From positions 23,093 through 87,092 of the forward strand of contig DATCJA010000022.1 in assembly GCA_036507475.1 (NCBI GenBank): DNA of 64,000 nt. Reading direction: 5' to 3'. A model generated the notes under the pieces. The model searched no databases. It was not told the origin of the DNA and saw only the letters and a list, made by a program, of their open reading frames with translations. The DNA comes from Vicinamibacterales bacterium. GTDB lineage: Bacteria > Acidobacteriota > Vicinamibacteria > Vicinamibacterales > UBA2999. Both the position numbers and the translations under genes were made by a program. How positions within the stretch are numbered: the stretch's first letter is position 1; each line of letters opens with the position of its first letter. Below, one piece after another: positions 63,626-64,000 of this stretch.

Positions 63626-64000
63626 TCAGCGAAGGGTGACGGGCGAATCGAGCCGGATACGAACGATCGACCCTGCTGGAAGGTGGATATCCTTCCCTTC
63701 GGTAGCCACCACCGCGCCGCCGGCGCCGATCACCGCCCCGACAATGGCACCCTGCAGACCACCCAGAAGGCCGCCGACGACCGCACCGACGCCCGCGCCG
63801 GCACCCGCCGTGCCTGCCTCCTCACGAATGCCGCCGCTTTCGAACACCTGAGTCGCCAGAGCGCGCATCGGATATTGCCGACCCCGAACTTCGAGCTGAT
63901 CGAACGAGAGCGTGAGACTGCCTCGCCTGTCGATTCGTCCGGGCCGCTTCACGTCAGCAACGACACCCCGAACGATGGAGCCCGCTGGGACGAGCTCGCG
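63626..64000 (-). CDS. glycine-zipper protein, C-terminal part (gene continues past right edge)
   Basis: The ORF track runs 63626..63952, but the frame stays open to 64000 (RELVPAGSIVRGVVADVKRPGR...). Gly-zipper GAGAGVGAVVGGLLGGLQGAIVGAVIGAGGAVV. Confidence 0.45.
   Translation of the reverse strand, partial: RELVPAGSIVRGVVADVKRPGRIDRRGSLTLSFDQLEVRGRQYPMRALATQVFESGGIREEAGTAGAGAGVGAVVGGLLGGLQGAIVGAVIGAGGAVVATEGKDIHLPAGSIVRIRLDSPVTLR

Overview
GC-rich bacterial chromosomal segment, densely coding on both strands. I call about 66 CDS, one tRNA-Val(GAC), one candidate 6S RNA and two frameshifted signalling pseudogenes. I saw no transposase, integrase, phage gene or CRISPR array.

Gene content is mostly housekeeping:
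- Translation and tRNA: thrS-infC-rpmI-rplT-pheS-pheT, gatCA, tRNA-Val.
- Cell division and envelope: zapB-like/zapA, lpxD and lpxB flanking an M16 peptidase pair, mltG-ruvX, an EnvC-like protein followed by an S41-like protein.
- Stress and DNA metabolism: dnaK with two hsp20 genes, ymdB-xseA-xseB-ispA-tlyA-nadK, nfo.
- Central metabolism and cofactors: acnA, thiL, queG.
- Others: an osmoprotectant-type ABC transporter, a PQQ dehydrogenase, and a PP2C phosphatase plus Ser/Thr kinase pair.

The mix of architectures (kinase fused to a TolB-like propeller, many secreted hydrolases) suggests an Acidobacteriota-like soil bacterium. That is inference only.

The most unusual signal is non-coding. 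Almost every intergenic spacer carries a hairpin whose two arms are themselves tandem repeats of a 7-9 nt unit, and some such elements lie inside reading frames. At least four unit types recur at distant loci (A CACGGAGA, B TGCAAAA, C CTAGAGCC, H CGAACG); others are singletons. Several are translated in frame: the QueG C-terminus, a possible signal peptide, a linker inside an M16 peptidase, and a SERSER insert in GatA.

Other notable items:
- an RHH plus minimal nucleotidyltransferase toxin-antitoxin-like pair with a perfect 20-bp palindromic operator
- an EnvC-like degenerate LytM protein followed by an S41 homolog that lacks its Ser/Lys dyad
- infC apparently starting at AUC
- a 6S RNA candidate downstream of zapA
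- a 390-bp AT-enriched hairpin cluster between convergent genes

All coordinates for manually refined starts come from reading the sequence by eye. No database search was possible.
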